Of a DNA stretch of 64,000 nt, positions 53,858-63,395 are shown piece by piece. Both the position numbers and the translations under genes were made by a program. The stretch spans positions 7,098-71,097 of the forward strand of contig CAZWDM010000008.1 of the NCBI GenBank assembly GCA_964632415.1, written 5' to 3'. The DNA is from an uncultured Dehalococcoidia bacterium (lineage in GTDB: Bacteria > Chloroflexota > Dehalococcoidia > Lucifugimonadales > JADFKI01). How positions within the stretch are numbered: the first letter of the stretch is position 1; each line of letters begins with the position of its first letter. The notes under the pieces were generated by a model that worked only from the letters and a program-made list of their open reading frames with translations, did no database searches and was not told the origin of the DNA.

Positions 53858-56602
53858 GTGGCTACGACGGGCCTGGTTGAAATATATGAAAGTGCACTCT
53901 ATGAACCACGGGAGTCGCTCGTCAAGGTGATTCCCCCTCGGGAGGGGAATTTCAATCTGCAGAGCTTCATGAACGCTCTTGAAGCCCTGGACATGGCCGA
54001 CGAGCGGGTCAGCCTGGAGATCGCCGCGGTCAGGGGTAAGGTCGAGATGTTCGTGCGCTCGCAGCGAGCGGACAATGTGATCACCTCGCTTGTGTCTCAC
54101 TACCCGAACATAGTTTTCGAGGCGGTTGACAGGAAGGACGATCCGCTCTACGTGGAGCAGGAGACCGAGAACGCATGGAGACAGGTACTCTGGCCAGGCG
54201 GCGACGAGTGGATGCCCTTCCAGGTCTATGACGAGCGAAATCCGCTTGAGCATGGGGGCGACCCCTTCATAGACATGATCGCGGGCATGTCCAACGAACT
54301 GCGCCCGGGTTCCCGCGTGGTGTCGAGGCTGGTGCTCACGCAGAAAGACCACAACTGGTCGGAGGATTGGCGGAGCCGCGCCATGAAGGGCATCGGCAGC
54401 GAGAACCAGATGCTCGCCGACCAGATGCGGAAGGAGGAACGAAAGAGTGAGAAGCCCTCTGGATCCACGTCGAAGGACGACTCGATGGACTCTGAGGCTA
54501 CGATGCAGCTTGTCTATGCGATCGCTGCCCTTATGGGGTTGGGCCTCATTGCCTATCTCGCGATGACCTTCGTCTGGCCGCGACTGTCTGAGGGGTCGGT
54601 CTGGGACATCGTGCTGGCATGCGTCGTGCTCGCGGTGGCTGTGGTCCTCGTGGGGCTTGCGCTCTTCTGGCTGGGCATAAAGACGGGGGTGTTCAAGAGG
54701 AAGGAAGCGCCGAGGTTTCAAGACCCTGACCTGGTGCGTCTGCGGGTCGAAGGCGCGGCGTTCAGGATGGAAGTGCAGGTATTTGCGATCCTGAGAGAGG
54801 ACAGGGCTGAAGACGAGGCCATAGAGCAGTTGATTCGACCGGCGGTCGCGGCCTACCGGAGCTTCGACAATCCGCTCGGCTGCCAGTTCGACGCCGGACC
54901 GATCGAGAAACTGGACGGCTTGACTCCGGACATTGAGAACATGGACTACGTGGGTGGAGCCAAGAGTAAGAACTCCATCGGAGAGGGTGTCATTGGAACG
55001 CGCGAGGTGGCGGCGTTCTGGCATGTGCCGGGCGAGTCCGCCAAGGTGCCTGGACTCAACCGCGCCGGCAGCGTCAGGATCCCGATGCCTGAGCCCATGT
55101 TCGTCATGGACCATGAGACGCGCATGCGCTCGGTACTGGTGGGCACGGAGGCGTACCGAGACGGCGGACTGCGGCTGGCTTTCCTGCCGCCGGACGTGCT
55201 GAAGCGCCATCATCTCTATGTGGGCAAGACCAGGAGTGGCAAGAGCACCCTGATGCTGCACGTGGGGGTGGGCATTCTTCTGCAGAAGGTCATAAAGGTG
55301 TCGGACTCGGCGCTTGTGGTGGTGGACCCGCACTCGGACCTGGCGAACGACATCATAATGAGAATGGGTGTGGATGCTGGACGCTTCGTGAGGCTGATCG
55401 ACATGAGCGACACCGAGCGGGCGTGCGGCATCAACCTGTTGGACGTGAGGGAGTTTCCGAATCGCGACATCACCATCCCGACAATCATCTCGATAGCGAA
55501 GTCCTCATCGGTCAACTGGGGAGATCGTATGGAAGCGATCATGACTTGGACATTCGCCACGCTTTTCGAGGCGAACAGGCACCGTAAGCCGTTGGAGCAG
55601 TACACGATCTTCGACGCCGTGCCATTTTTAACAAAAGACAACGAACGTAAGAAAATTATCCGAGAGTCGAAAAGTAAGGAAATTGCCGAGTGGTGGGCGC
55701 ATGTGTTCCCCACCCTCGCACCGAAGGACGACCAGACTGCGCTTGCGCCCGTTCTACGAAAGATAACGGAGTACGCGAGCAGTCCGATAGCACGTCGTGT
55801 GCTTGGACAACGCCGATGCACCATTTCGATCGAGAAGGAGCTGGCGGCGGGAAACGCCATCATCGTGAACACCGCTCGCGGCGAGGCAGGGCCGGAGGTA
55901 TCGGCGATCATCGGGTCGTGCATCCTCAATTTGACGGAATTCATTCTGCGTGAACAGAGCAAGATCGAGTCTGGTAGCAGGCGACCAGTGACGGTGATTG
56001 TGGATGAGATGCAGACTTTCCCGGGTGTGCGCTACGACAATATGCTCGCGGAGCTGAATAAGTACGGCGGAAGCTTGGTTATGGCAACGCAGAGCCTGGA
56101 CCGCCTGAATGAGATGGGCGAGAGCGGCAGCATGCGCGAGACTATCCTTTCCAACCTGGGCTGTCTAGCGGCCTTCCAGGTGAACGCGGCGGACTCGACA
56201 CTTCTGAAGAACGAGCTGGATTCCACTGCTCTCAAGGAAGAAGACATTATGCGATTGCCACCGCACAACTGCTACGGCAGGGTGAACCTCGACTCCGGGG
56301 TGGAGTTCTTCTCGATTGAGGTGCTGAAACCGTTTGATCCTGATCCGGTGATACTCCGGCTCGTGAGGGAGGCATCCGAGATGTACACCACGCCGGCTGA
56401 GGAAGTGGATGCAGAGCATGCGCGGAGCATGGACAGCAAGATTTTCGACATATTCGCCTCTGAGCATGAGGAGGAAGAAAAGAACCCGACCTCTGATTAT
56501 GACCAGGACGTGGGTGAGAGTGACGAAGATGACTCCGCGGCTGATGATGACGACGAAGGCGAGAGCGACGAAGACGAGGCTCAGGCATCAGGAGATAGCT
56601 GA
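53858..56602 (+). CDS. Type IV coupling protein (VirD4/TraD/TcpA-like ATPase) with a long N-terminal domain, two TM helices and an acidic C-terminal tail
   Basis: Walker A HHLYVGKTRSGKSTLML. Walker B PVTVIVDEMQTF. Also VMATQSLDRL. TM helices LVYAIAALMGLGLIAYLAMTFVW and IVLACVVLAVAVVLVGLALFWLGI. Tail DYDQDVGESDEDDSAADDDDEGESDEDEAQ. Confidence 0.8.
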   Translation: MATTGLVEIYESALYEPRESLVKVIPPREGNFNLQSFMNALEALDMADERVSLEIAAVRGKVEMFVRSQRADNVITSLVSHYPNIVFEAVDRKDDPLYVEQETENAWRQVLWPGGDEWMPFQVYDERNPLEHGGDPFIDMIAGMSNELRPGSRVVSRLVLTQKDHNWSEDWRSRAMKGIGSENQMLADQMRKEERKSEKPSGSTSKDDSMDSEATMQLVYAIAALMGLGLIAYLAMTFVWPRLSEGSVWDIVLACVVLAVAVVLVGLALFWLGIKTGVFKRKEAPRFQDPDLVRLRVEGAAFRMEVQVFAILREDRAEDEAIEQLIRPAVAAYRSFDNPLGCQFDAGPIEKLDGLTPDIENMDYVGGAKSKNSIGEGVIGTREVAAFWHVPGESAKVPGLNRAGSVRIPMPEPMFVMDHETRMRSVLVGTEAYRDGGLRLAFLPPDVLKRHHLYVGKTRSGKSTLMLHVGVGILLQKVIKVSDSALVVVDPHSDLANDIIMRMGVDAGRFVRLIDMSDTERACGINLLDVREFPNRDITIPTIISIAKSSSVNWGDRMEAIMTWTFATLFEANRHRKPLEQYTIFDAVPFLTKDNERKKIIRESKSKEIAEWWAHVFPTLAPKDDQTALAPVLRKITEYASSPIARRVLGQRRCTISIEKELAAGNAIIVNTARGEAGPEVSAIIGSCILNLTEFILREQSKIESGSRRPVTVIVDEMQTFPGVRYDNMLAELNKYGGSLVMATQSLDRLNEMGESGSMRETILSNLGCLAAFQVNAADSTLLKNELDSTALKEEDIMRLPPHNCYGRVNLDSGVEFFSIEVLKPFDPDPVILRLVREASEMYTTPAEEVDAEHARSMDSKIFDIFASEHEEEEKNPTSDYDQDVGESDEDDSAADDDDEGESDEDEAQASGDS

Positions 56603-58326
56603 TGCCTGAGCCTGCTGACATCACTGTTGGGCAACTGCTGATGACTCTCTCGCAGTTGCCTTTTCTCTCTGCTGACGAGATTTCAACACTGATCGACTTC
56701 GATGCCCGTGAAGTCAGAGCTGACCTGAAAGTGGCGCAGTGTAATAGACTCGTTGGTTCTGTGCAGTACCGGCGCTCGCCGTCCGTCACTCTGAGACGCT
56801 GGTACTTGACGCGCGAAGGTACGCTGATTGCTGCCAGGGAAGAACGCACGACTCCAGAGCGACACTTGTCGCGCAATCCCGTCAGCACGGAGTGGCAGCG
56901 CTCGCTGCTCCGCAGGCTGGATGCGGTTGACGTGCTCTACCGGATGCTTCACGAGATGGTGCAGTTCACCGGAGATACCCCGGAGTGGGCCTGGCATCGT
57001 GACGGTCCATTCGATGCGGCGGTCAGGTTCCCGGACGGCAGGCGTTTCGTTGTGATGCGGCTGGGCAGCACGCTCTCATGGCAGGCGACCAAAAGCAGGC
57101 TTGGTTCGCTGTATGAAGGGCAGAACCAGCGAAACGCGCCAATCGCGCTGGTCATTGTGCCGGGCGACATAGAGAAACGGCGCATCACGACGCTTCTGAA
57201 GCACCGTGCAATCTACATGCATATAGCCGCAGAGAGCGTGCTGAGCGAGCGGGGCATGAATGCCCCAACCTGGGAGCCTGTCGGAACGGAGCTGCGCGAC
57301 ATCACGCTGGAAGCCATTCTGCGGAGGTCGCGCCGCAGGGGACGAATTCCGGCGCGTCCACGTCACTATAACGACAGGCTGCCGTCACAGGACATTCACG
57401 AGAACATAACGAGTGTTAATTTCTTAGCGAGCGAGCTTCGGCCCGCCGAGCGGCAGATGTTGCGACTGCTGTACGACTGGCCACTCGGCAGAAGTGAGGA
57501 GTTGGCAAGGATTCTCGATGTGTCCATTGATAGCTTGTACCAAAAGCAGGCATCTCTTCTGAGGCGCAACCTCATCCACAAGGTCGAGATCGGGGAATCG
57601 TACCGGGAGCGCCGCGAGAACGGCACACGGCTCGTCCTGACCGAGGATGGACGACGAGCGTTGGCCTGGACGGACCGCAGAGACCTCTCGGACCTGACAC
57701 GCCACTGGCAGCTCACAGCAAGCGGGGAAGATGACCCCAACCCGAAGATGAAAGTCAAGGTTCGCGGCTTCCGGGTGGACGGCACAAAGCTGCGTCCCCT
57801 CATCAGTCAGCTGCGTCACACCGACGCCGTGAGTGAAATCACGGCGATGTTGACAGTGGAAAGCAGGACTCACTCGAACTACCGGCTGGTACAGGCGGTT
57901 CCGCCGCATCGCTGGGAGAGGGTGTTTTGGTTCAACGGCAGACGGGCGCAGATCAGCCCAGATGCGACATACATGCTGGAGTACCAGGGAGAGACTGAGG
58001 TGAACTTCCTTGAGTACGAGGAGCGAGCAGATAGGCCGTCACGCATGAGGTCGAAGATCCGAGGGCATGAGAGCTACTTCGGGGCATTCGAGACCGAAGG
58101 CGACTTCGACGACGTTCTGCCGAGGGCGCTCTTCGTGTTCAGAAACGTAGAGACCGCGAGCAGATTCGGCGTATTTCTGATGAATGAAGGGACGGCGCGA
58201 ATGCCGCTTGTCGTGTCGAGCATGGATGTGTTGAGGCGCGAGGGCTTTTTCGGCAATAGCTGGACCTGGCCCTGGGAGCAACAGCGAGGGCCGGTGCCGC
58301 TCTCGGCACTGCGACGGTCGAGGTGA
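56602..58326 (+). CDS. Replication-relaxation family protein, internally duplicated (two wHTH + nuclease-like modules); relaxase candidate
   Basis: The start overlaps the T4CP stop (TGATG). The second half has LRHTDAV..., ISPDATYMLEYQGETEVNFLEYEERADRPSRMRSKIRGHESYF, matching the H ... PDa ... E.E/D..t.....K...Y layout of the replication-relaxation family. The first half repeats the order (wHTH, YLTREG, PFDAAVRFPDGRRFVVMRLGSTLS) with the acidic block lost. Confidence 0.55.
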   Translation: MPEPADITVGQLLMTLSQLPFLSADEISTLIDFDAREVRADLKVAQCNRLVGSVQYRRSPSVTLRRWYLTREGTLIAAREERTTPERHLSRNPVSTEWQRSLLRRLDAVDVLYRMLHEMVQFTGDTPEWAWHRDGPFDAAVRFPDGRRFVVMRLGSTLSWQATKSRLGSLYEGQNQRNAPIALVIVPGDIEKRRITTLLKHRAIYMHIAAESVLSERGMNAPTWEPVGTELRDITLEAILRRSRRRGRIPARPRHYNDRLPSQDIHENITSVNFLASELRPAERQMLRLLYDWPLGRSEELARILDVSIDSLYQKQASLLRRNLIHKVEIGESYRERRENGTRLVLTEDGRRALAWTDRRDLSDLTRHWQLTASGEDDPNPKMKVKVRGFRVDGTKLRPLISQLRHTDAVSEITAMLTVESRTHSNYRLVQAVPPHRWERVFWFNGRRAQISPDATYMLEYQGETEVNFLEYEERADRPSRMRSKIRGHESYFGAFETEGDFDDVLPRALFVFRNVETASRFGVFLMNEGTARMPLVVSSMDVLRREGFFGNSWTWPWEQQRGPVPLSALRRSR

Positions 58327-58394
58327 CGCGGAAATGCTTGGAGCAGAACGAGTGTTGCGTACATACGGGCTGATTAACGCCAATCGTGGCAAAC

Positions 58395-58533
58395 TGGGTC
58401 AAAGTGGGTCAATCGTGTCAACTGGGTCAAAGTGAGCCTGTACATTAAATTACTTAGGTGGGTCATTGCGCAGGAGAGGCTGTGTGGCGCTTGGGCGCGG
58501 GGCGTGTGGGTGGGTCAAAGGAATGGGTCAATG
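58395..58533. repeat. Cluster of TGGGTCAA(A/T) direct repeats in the intergenic region after the relaxase candidate (candidate oriT/protein-binding array)
   Basis: Copies at 58395, 58405, 58423, 58511 and 58524. Variants are GTGGGTCATT at 58458 and CGTGTCAA at 58415. All are on the same strand. Confidence 0.6.
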
Positions 58534-58724
58534 GGGATAGCAGTTTGAAGCCTCACGCGGTGTGACACGGGAAGAGAGGGGAAGCTGTATGCACGGAGAC
58601 GTGAATCACGGCCCCACTCTGGAGCGGAATAGGCACGCGCCGACTGAGCGGGAATAGAGGGGGAGCCGGAAGCCAGGACGGTGCGGCGAGGTAGAAGGGG
58701 CGTTGAGAGTGAGCCTCGCGGCGA

Positions 58725-61244
58725 ATGAGCAAGGAGGACGGCAGTATGACAGAGGGGGAGCGGCGGGAACGTGCGGAGCAGTGGTTGCTCGCGCAGCTCG
58801 CTGACGGCAAGAGTGGCAGGGAGATTGCCAGGATGTTGGGTGGAACCACGAATAACCAGCTCGTGAATCGACCGCTCAGAGAGTGGCGGCGGACGGGTGA
58901 GATGGAGCTGCGTGGGCGCCTGTTAACGCTGATCACAGAGTTGCTTGACGGGACTGAGAGCGGTGGGGGCCGAAATGGAGCAGGTGGGGAGGAGGCAGCC
59001 CAGCCCCCAGCGGAGCCCAGCCCTGCCGATGAGATGACGGGAGAGGAGGGTTTTGCGGCGCCTGGTGGGGTTAAGCCCGTTGTTGGTAATCCCGATGTGC
59101 CACAAGTGGAGACTGATGCCCGCGAGGATAAGGCGGGTGACGCGTCACCTAGCTCTCCTATCGGCACGACGCCTGTGGAGCAAAGCACGGAAGAAGCAAC
59201 AGCTGAGCACATGTCGGCGGGTGGCACTGATGACGGGACAGCTGACACTGAGCCGGCCAGCAGCCAACCTGAGGACGACGAAACTCCGAAGCCCGTGAGG
59301 GCCACAGGCGGCATGGGGTCTAATCGACGACGTAACGAGCGGCGGGCGCGGGAGGTCGAGCGGCGACGCAGGGTCGCTCTGGTCGAGCAGGTCGCGAATG
59401 CGACCGTGCTGCCGCAGTTGACCGCGGTGCTGGCCCAGGTGGGCAACCGGCTGCTGTTGGATGAGTATCCTCCCTTCGGCTCGCCGTCGTCTGTTCCGAC
59501 GGAACGCCAGAGAAAGCAGGTGTTGGCCGCGATAGTCGGCGCACCCGTGTTGAGGCTGTTGCCGATGGAGCAGGCGGTAGAGGTCGCGAGACTGCAGGTC
59601 ACCGGACGTCTCACGATGCTCACCGCGCCGGAGGATCTGGGCGGAGACGCACTCAGGATGCTCCTATCGGGAGAGGGAGGAGAGACGGAATTCAAGGACG
59701 AGGGCGCGCTCGCCGTCGCTTTCGGCGTGGGCGACGAGACCTTCGGCTTGGAGACCCCGGGCGGGCTGTATCGTTGGGGACTGGGCACGGAGCTGCGGCA
59801 GCGGCGCTACGCCTGGTCGGAGCACTTCGGACGTCCCGCGCTGATTGGCGGCCGGGAGAGCGGCGTGATAAGGGACGCGCCCTACCGGGACGAGGACTGG
59901 TTCTTCGGCTCTGCCGGCTGGACTGACGAGGACGGGAAGTGGCGTCCGGGACGACACGAGGTGATAGCGCGCTGGCGGTTGCTGCGGGAGATGTACGACG
60001 CCTTCGGCGCACTGGAGGGTCAGGAGGTATGGCACTACGCGCTCTACGAGGCCCGAGCCGAGTTGGAGCTTACGCTCCTGGGCGACAGCTACGCGATGAC
60101 ATTCGACAGGCTGATCCTCGGCGTTGCGGCGTGGCCGCGGTCCACGCGGGAGGGCTTCGAGACGAGGGGACGGGCCATCCAGATCGAGGCCAACAGAAAA
60201 AGAGCGAGACAGGGTGGTAAGCGCAGGTGGCGCAGGCGGCGTCTGCACAGGCTATGGAGCTGGATGGGCGCGACATGTCGCCGGATGGTTCTCGACATTC
60301 GCCTGAGTGACGCTGTGGTCGCCGGGCGTGACGGCTCCGATGTGGTACAGGAGGAGAACACGCCTGACGCCGCAGTGGAGGTAACGAAGACGAACGGGAC
60401 AGCGGTGGATGTGGCTAAAGCAGCGTCAGGCACAGAGGGGGACCACCGCAACGCCGTTGGCATGGGTGATGGTGAGGAGGTTGACGGCGCTGATGATGTT
60501 GACACTGATGTTGACGCTGACGCGGGTGTTGACGCGAACGCCAACGCAGCCGCGGATGCCGAGGAACGTAACGGGAGGAATGACGCGGCTCGGGACGGGA
60601 AGGCCCTGCGCGTTCTGGAGCGGGGATGCAGGCGCGGAGGTCTGCTCGCCCTGGTGAACTGGGCGCGATTCCCTTATCTGTACGACGAGGTTGAGCGGCA
60701 GGGCTGGTTCACCAAGAAGGTGAGCTGGTGCCTGTACAGGCGGCACTCCGAGCTTGACGGCAGCGTGTGCGGTCTGCCCGGGGACAGGTGGCGGGCGCTG
60801 GAGCCGCCGCTTGCGCCCGAGTACATGACGCCGACGCCGCGCACGGGCCACGTGCCCTCGGAGGCGTTCCGCCGCAGGTTCCGCCCGCACGAGAACGACC
60901 CGGACTACGAGCCACCCGAGCCGCCGGAGGAGAAGTTGTCCTGGTGGCGCAGGGGATTTAGGAGAAAGCGAGCACGGGCGCAGCAAGGTTCGGGAGAAGG
61001 CGACAGCACCGTCAAGGCGCCGAGCGTATCGCGGTGGCGCAGGCTGCTCGGAAGAGGCAGGAAGAAGGAAGATCCTCAGTCGAGGCGAGCCGACGCGACG
61101 AACGACACTGCGGTGGCTGAGGGGCCGGGAGACGGTGCTTCCGAGACTCGGACGCTTGACACCGGAGTGAATCAGAATGGCAGGAGCGCAGAGGATGAAC
61201 ATACAGCAGTGCCTGGACAACCACAGGCTGGAGATCGAGGTTAG
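58725..61244 (+). CDS. 839-aa orphan protein with N-terminal HTH-like segment, acidic/low-complexity inserts and basic patches
   Basis: GKSGREIARMLGGTTNNQ is HTH-like. Central globular region (..YRWGLGTELRQRRYAWSEHFGRPALIGG..). A DVDTDVDADAGVDANANAAADAEE repeat. A basic RKRARQGGKRRWRRRRLHRLW patch. No enzymatic motif recognised. Confidence 0.5.
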   Translation: MSKEDGSMTEGERRERAEQWLLAQLADGKSGREIARMLGGTTNNQLVNRPLREWRRTGEMELRGRLLTLITELLDGTESGGGRNGAGGEEAAQPPAEPSPADEMTGEEGFAAPGGVKPVVGNPDVPQVETDAREDKAGDASPSSPIGTTPVEQSTEEATAEHMSAGGTDDGTADTEPASSQPEDDETPKPVRATGGMGSNRRRNERRAREVERRRRVALVEQVANATVLPQLTAVLAQVGNRLLLDEYPPFGSPSSVPTERQRKQVLAAIVGAPVLRLLPMEQAVEVARLQVTGRLTMLTAPEDLGGDALRMLLSGEGGETEFKDEGALAVAFGVGDETFGLETPGGLYRWGLGTELRQRRYAWSEHFGRPALIGGRESGVIRDAPYRDEDWFFGSAGWTDEDGKWRPGRHEVIARWRLLREMYDAFGALEGQEVWHYALYEARAELELTLLGDSYAMTFDRLILGVAAWPRSTREGFETRGRAIQIEANRKRARQGGKRRWRRRRLHRLWSWMGATCRRMVLDIRLSDAVVAGRDGSDVVQEENTPDAAVEVTKTNGTAVDVAKAASGTEGDHRNAVGMGDGEEVDGADDVDTDVDADAGVDANANAAADAEERNGRNDAARDGKALRVLERGCRRGGLLALVNWARFPYLYDEVERQGWFTKKVSWCLYRRHSELDGSVCGLPGDRWRALEPPLAPEYMTPTPRTGHVPSEAFRRRFRPHENDPDYEPPEPPEEKLSWWRRGFRRKRARAQQGSGEGDSTVKAPSVSRWRRLLGRGRKKEDPQSRRADATNDTAVAEGPGDGASETRTLDTGVNQNGRSAEDEHTAVPGQPQAGDRG

Positions 61245-61689
61245 CGACAGCCTTGCGACACAGGAGGTCGTGATACGGAACATCGACATATTCGAGGCCT
61301 GGGACCTCTACAGCATGCTCAAGGTCATCGAGCCAATGGCCGACCTCAAGACCAGGATCAGGTCCAGAGACGGCAGGGGCTACGAGCTGGGACTGATCTA
61401 CACACAGCACCTCAAGCGGGCTCTTGACAGCTACCAGAAGGCCGCAGTCCGGCGCAAGCACAGCGGCAGCGTCGCCTGCACTCTCATAAGCGTCGTGACG
61501 CGTCGCAGTCTCATGCCCATCATCGATGCATGGGACGGTGGCCGGCCGCAGGAGCTGACACGCAGGGAGCGCATGTGCTTCGTCCGCGACTACGAGCAGA
61601 TAGTCCTGAGGACCGAGAGGCTGATGGAGCTGCTGCAGGACATCCTGAGAGTCAACAACGACACGGACAACCTGATAGAGGATTTCTAG
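61195..61689 (+). CDS. Hypothetical protein (164 aa)
   Basis: MNIQQCLDNHRLEIEV... has ordinary composition. The ORF-track start at 61177 overlaps the upstream gene. Confidence 0.4.
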   Translation: MNIQQCLDNHRLEIEVSDSLATQEVVIRNIDIFEAWDLYSMLKVIEPMADLKTRIRSRDGRGYELGLIYTQHLKRALDSYQKAAVRRKHSGSVACTLISVVTRRSLMPIIDAWDGGRPQELTRRERMCFVRDYEQIVLRTERLMELLQDILRVNNDTDNLIEDF

Positions 61690-61701
61690 GAGGAGAGGCC
61701 A

Positions 61702-62391
61702 ATGCATACCGAGATAGTGGCACGGCCGGGCTTTGCCGCGCTTCGGGCGCAGCTCAAGACGGGAGAGTCGATCATGGCGGAGCCGGGCGCGATGATGGTG
61801 CATCGCAATACACACATGAGCACGGGCGCCGCCAGGGGCGGTTTCATGAGCGGAGTGCGGCGGCTCCTTGCGTCGGAGTCGTTCTTCCTGAACAAGTTCA
61901 CCGGCATAAACGAGGACCGCGAGATATACCTGACGCCATCGGTGCCGGGCGACATCCAGGACCACGCGCTAGAGCCGCACTCCGAAATCATCCTGCAGTC
62001 CGGCGCGTTCCTGGCCTGCACGGAAGCCGTCACGGTGGACACGCGCTTTCAGGGCGTGCGGGGCATATTCAACCGAGAGGGAATGTTCTTCCTGAGAGCG
62101 CACACGCAGGAGGCGGGCGGCGACGTCTTCTTCCACACCTACGGCGCGCTGATCGAGTTGGAAGTGACGGCAGAGACTGCGCTCTACGTGGACAACGGCC
62201 ACCTCGTGGCGTTCACGCAAGGTGTGGACTACAGCCTCGACAGGGTGCGGGGGCTGAAGCCGCTGCTGCTGGGCGGAGAGGGCATCGTGCTGCGCTTCGA
62301 GGGAGAGGGCAGCGTCTGGGTACAAACGCGGGAGCTGAGAACGTTCGCCGCGCAGCTCGTACCGTTCCTACCGACAGACAAGAGTTCCTAA
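61702..62391 (+). CDS. AIM24/TIGR00266-family protein
   Basis: LKTGESIMAEPGAMMVH, then FFLNKFTG, and GEGIVLRFEGEGSVWVQTR at the C-terminal end. These are characteristic of the AIM24 (DUF124) beta-rich family. GGAGGAGAGG RBS. Confidence 0.65.
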   Translation: MHTEIVARPGFAALRAQLKTGESIMAEPGAMMVHRNTHMSTGAARGGFMSGVRRLLASESFFLNKFTGINEDREIYLTPSVPGDIQDHALEPHSEIILQSGAFLACTEAVTVDTRFQGVRGIFNREGMFFLRAHTQEAGGDVFFHTYGALIELEVTAETALYVDNGHLVAFTQGVDYSLDRVRGLKPLLLGGEGIVLRFEGEGSVWVQTRELRTFAAQLVPFLPTDKSS

Positions 62392-62415
62392 GAAAGTCAC
62401 AGACGGAGGTCATCA

Positions 62416-62922
62416 ATGGTATTCAAACAACTAGCTGGCTGGGTGCGCGCGGTTCGCGGACTAACCCTGACCACGACGGTGCCGTCCCAGGCTTTACCGA
62501 TGGTCTGCGCGTCTCCCTGTGATGATGACATGGTGGAAGCCGAAGCACGGGCTATTGATGCAATGGTAGAGGCGGCACGGAACGACAAGGGCCAGGTGCA
62601 ATGTTACCGGTGCGGACGGGAGATGGCAGAGGGCGGCTACGGAGTATCGCTGATGGGCCGCGGAGCAAGCTGCCTCGACGTGCCGGATTGCATCGCAGAC
62701 GTCACGAGACAGCAGGAGACCGGTTCCGCCCGTTTCGTAAACTGTGCCTATTGCCTTAGAGAATTACCCATCACTCAGGTCAAAATACATCCGTGGAAAG
62801 GATCACTTTCTTGCATCGACACCGACGGTTGCGAAGAAGAACAGCGAGCTTTGGACGATCTCTTCCGAAAATTCAAGGAGAAGTACCCAAACGGCACCCC
62901 GCCAGGCGGCGGCACTCTATGA
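62416..62922 (+). CDS. Cys-rich hypothetical protein (168 aa)
   Basis: Paired cysteines QCYRCGRE, CLDVPDC, NCAYCLRE and SCIDTDGC suggest zinc-binding or treble-clef modules. Confidence 0.4.
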   Translation: MVFKQLAGWVRAVRGLTLTTTVPSQALPMVCASPCDDDMVEAEARAIDAMVEAARNDKGQVQCYRCGREMAEGGYGVSLMGRGASCLDVPDCIADVTRQQETGSARFVNCAYCLRELPITQVKIHPWKGSLSCIDTDGCEEEQRALDDLFRKFKEKYPNGTPPGGGTL

Positions 62923-62949
62923 AAACGATATCAAGAAAGGACACGCACT

Positions 62950-63186
62950 ATGCGAAACATACTCCCGGCCGCACTCGGAGCGGCTAGCGGATTCATCATT
63001 GGAGTCGCGCTGACGACCTGGATACAAATCGGGCAGAGACGGGCGTTGCGTCCTCCAGCCGCAGGCGGGGGCACGCCTATGCCGCTCCCGCCAGGAACAC
63101 CGGCAACGCGAGCTGGCAGCCAGAGCGCCCTGAAGAACGAGCGGATGGACGCAAACGCGCGACAAGCGAGTCAACGCAGGACGTAA
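62950..63186 (+). CDS. Possible small membrane protein (78 aa)
   Basis: N-terminal helix ILPAALGAASGFIIGVALTTWI followed by a basic/Pro-rich tail. Weak. Confidence 0.3.
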   Translation: MRNILPAALGAASGFIIGVALTTWIQIGQRRALRPPAAGGGTPMPLPPGTPATRAGSQSALKNERMDANARQASQRRT

Positions 63187-63395
63187 GCGGCTCAATCGCC
63201 GAGGAACGAGGAGAAAGGCGCTCATAGTCCATCGGAGGGTAAAAGAGCCTGAGAGGGCCAGAAATCGCTCCTGGAGGCTGTGAGAGGGCACAGAGAGGCG
63301 GCTGCGGGCGACAATTTTGCGCCTACGGCGCGTCCAGTAGGGAAGAGTGATTTAGTGGGCTTACGCTGTCAAGCAGCCCAGGAAGGTCAGGAATC

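Noticed and set aside
53828-55333. 501-aa minus-strand ORF antisense to the coupling-protein gene
   Set aside because: It is extremely His/Arg/Pro-rich with low-complexity composition and lies opposite an ORF with clear Walker A/B motifs. This is a typical high-GC antisense shadow ORF.
58553-59788. 411-aa minus-strand ORF (Ser/Pro/Ala-rich)
   Set aside because: Its low-complexity S/P/A composition is typical of antisense translation of GC-rich coding sequence. The plus-strand 839-aa ORF has more protein-like composition and fits the operon direction.
61012-62522. 317-aa minus-strand ORF and 330-aa alternative-frame plus-strand ORF over the 61.0-62.5 kb genes
   Set aside because: Both are Arg/Gly/Pro/His-rich and overlap the AIM24-family gene, which has recognisable family blocks and an RBS.
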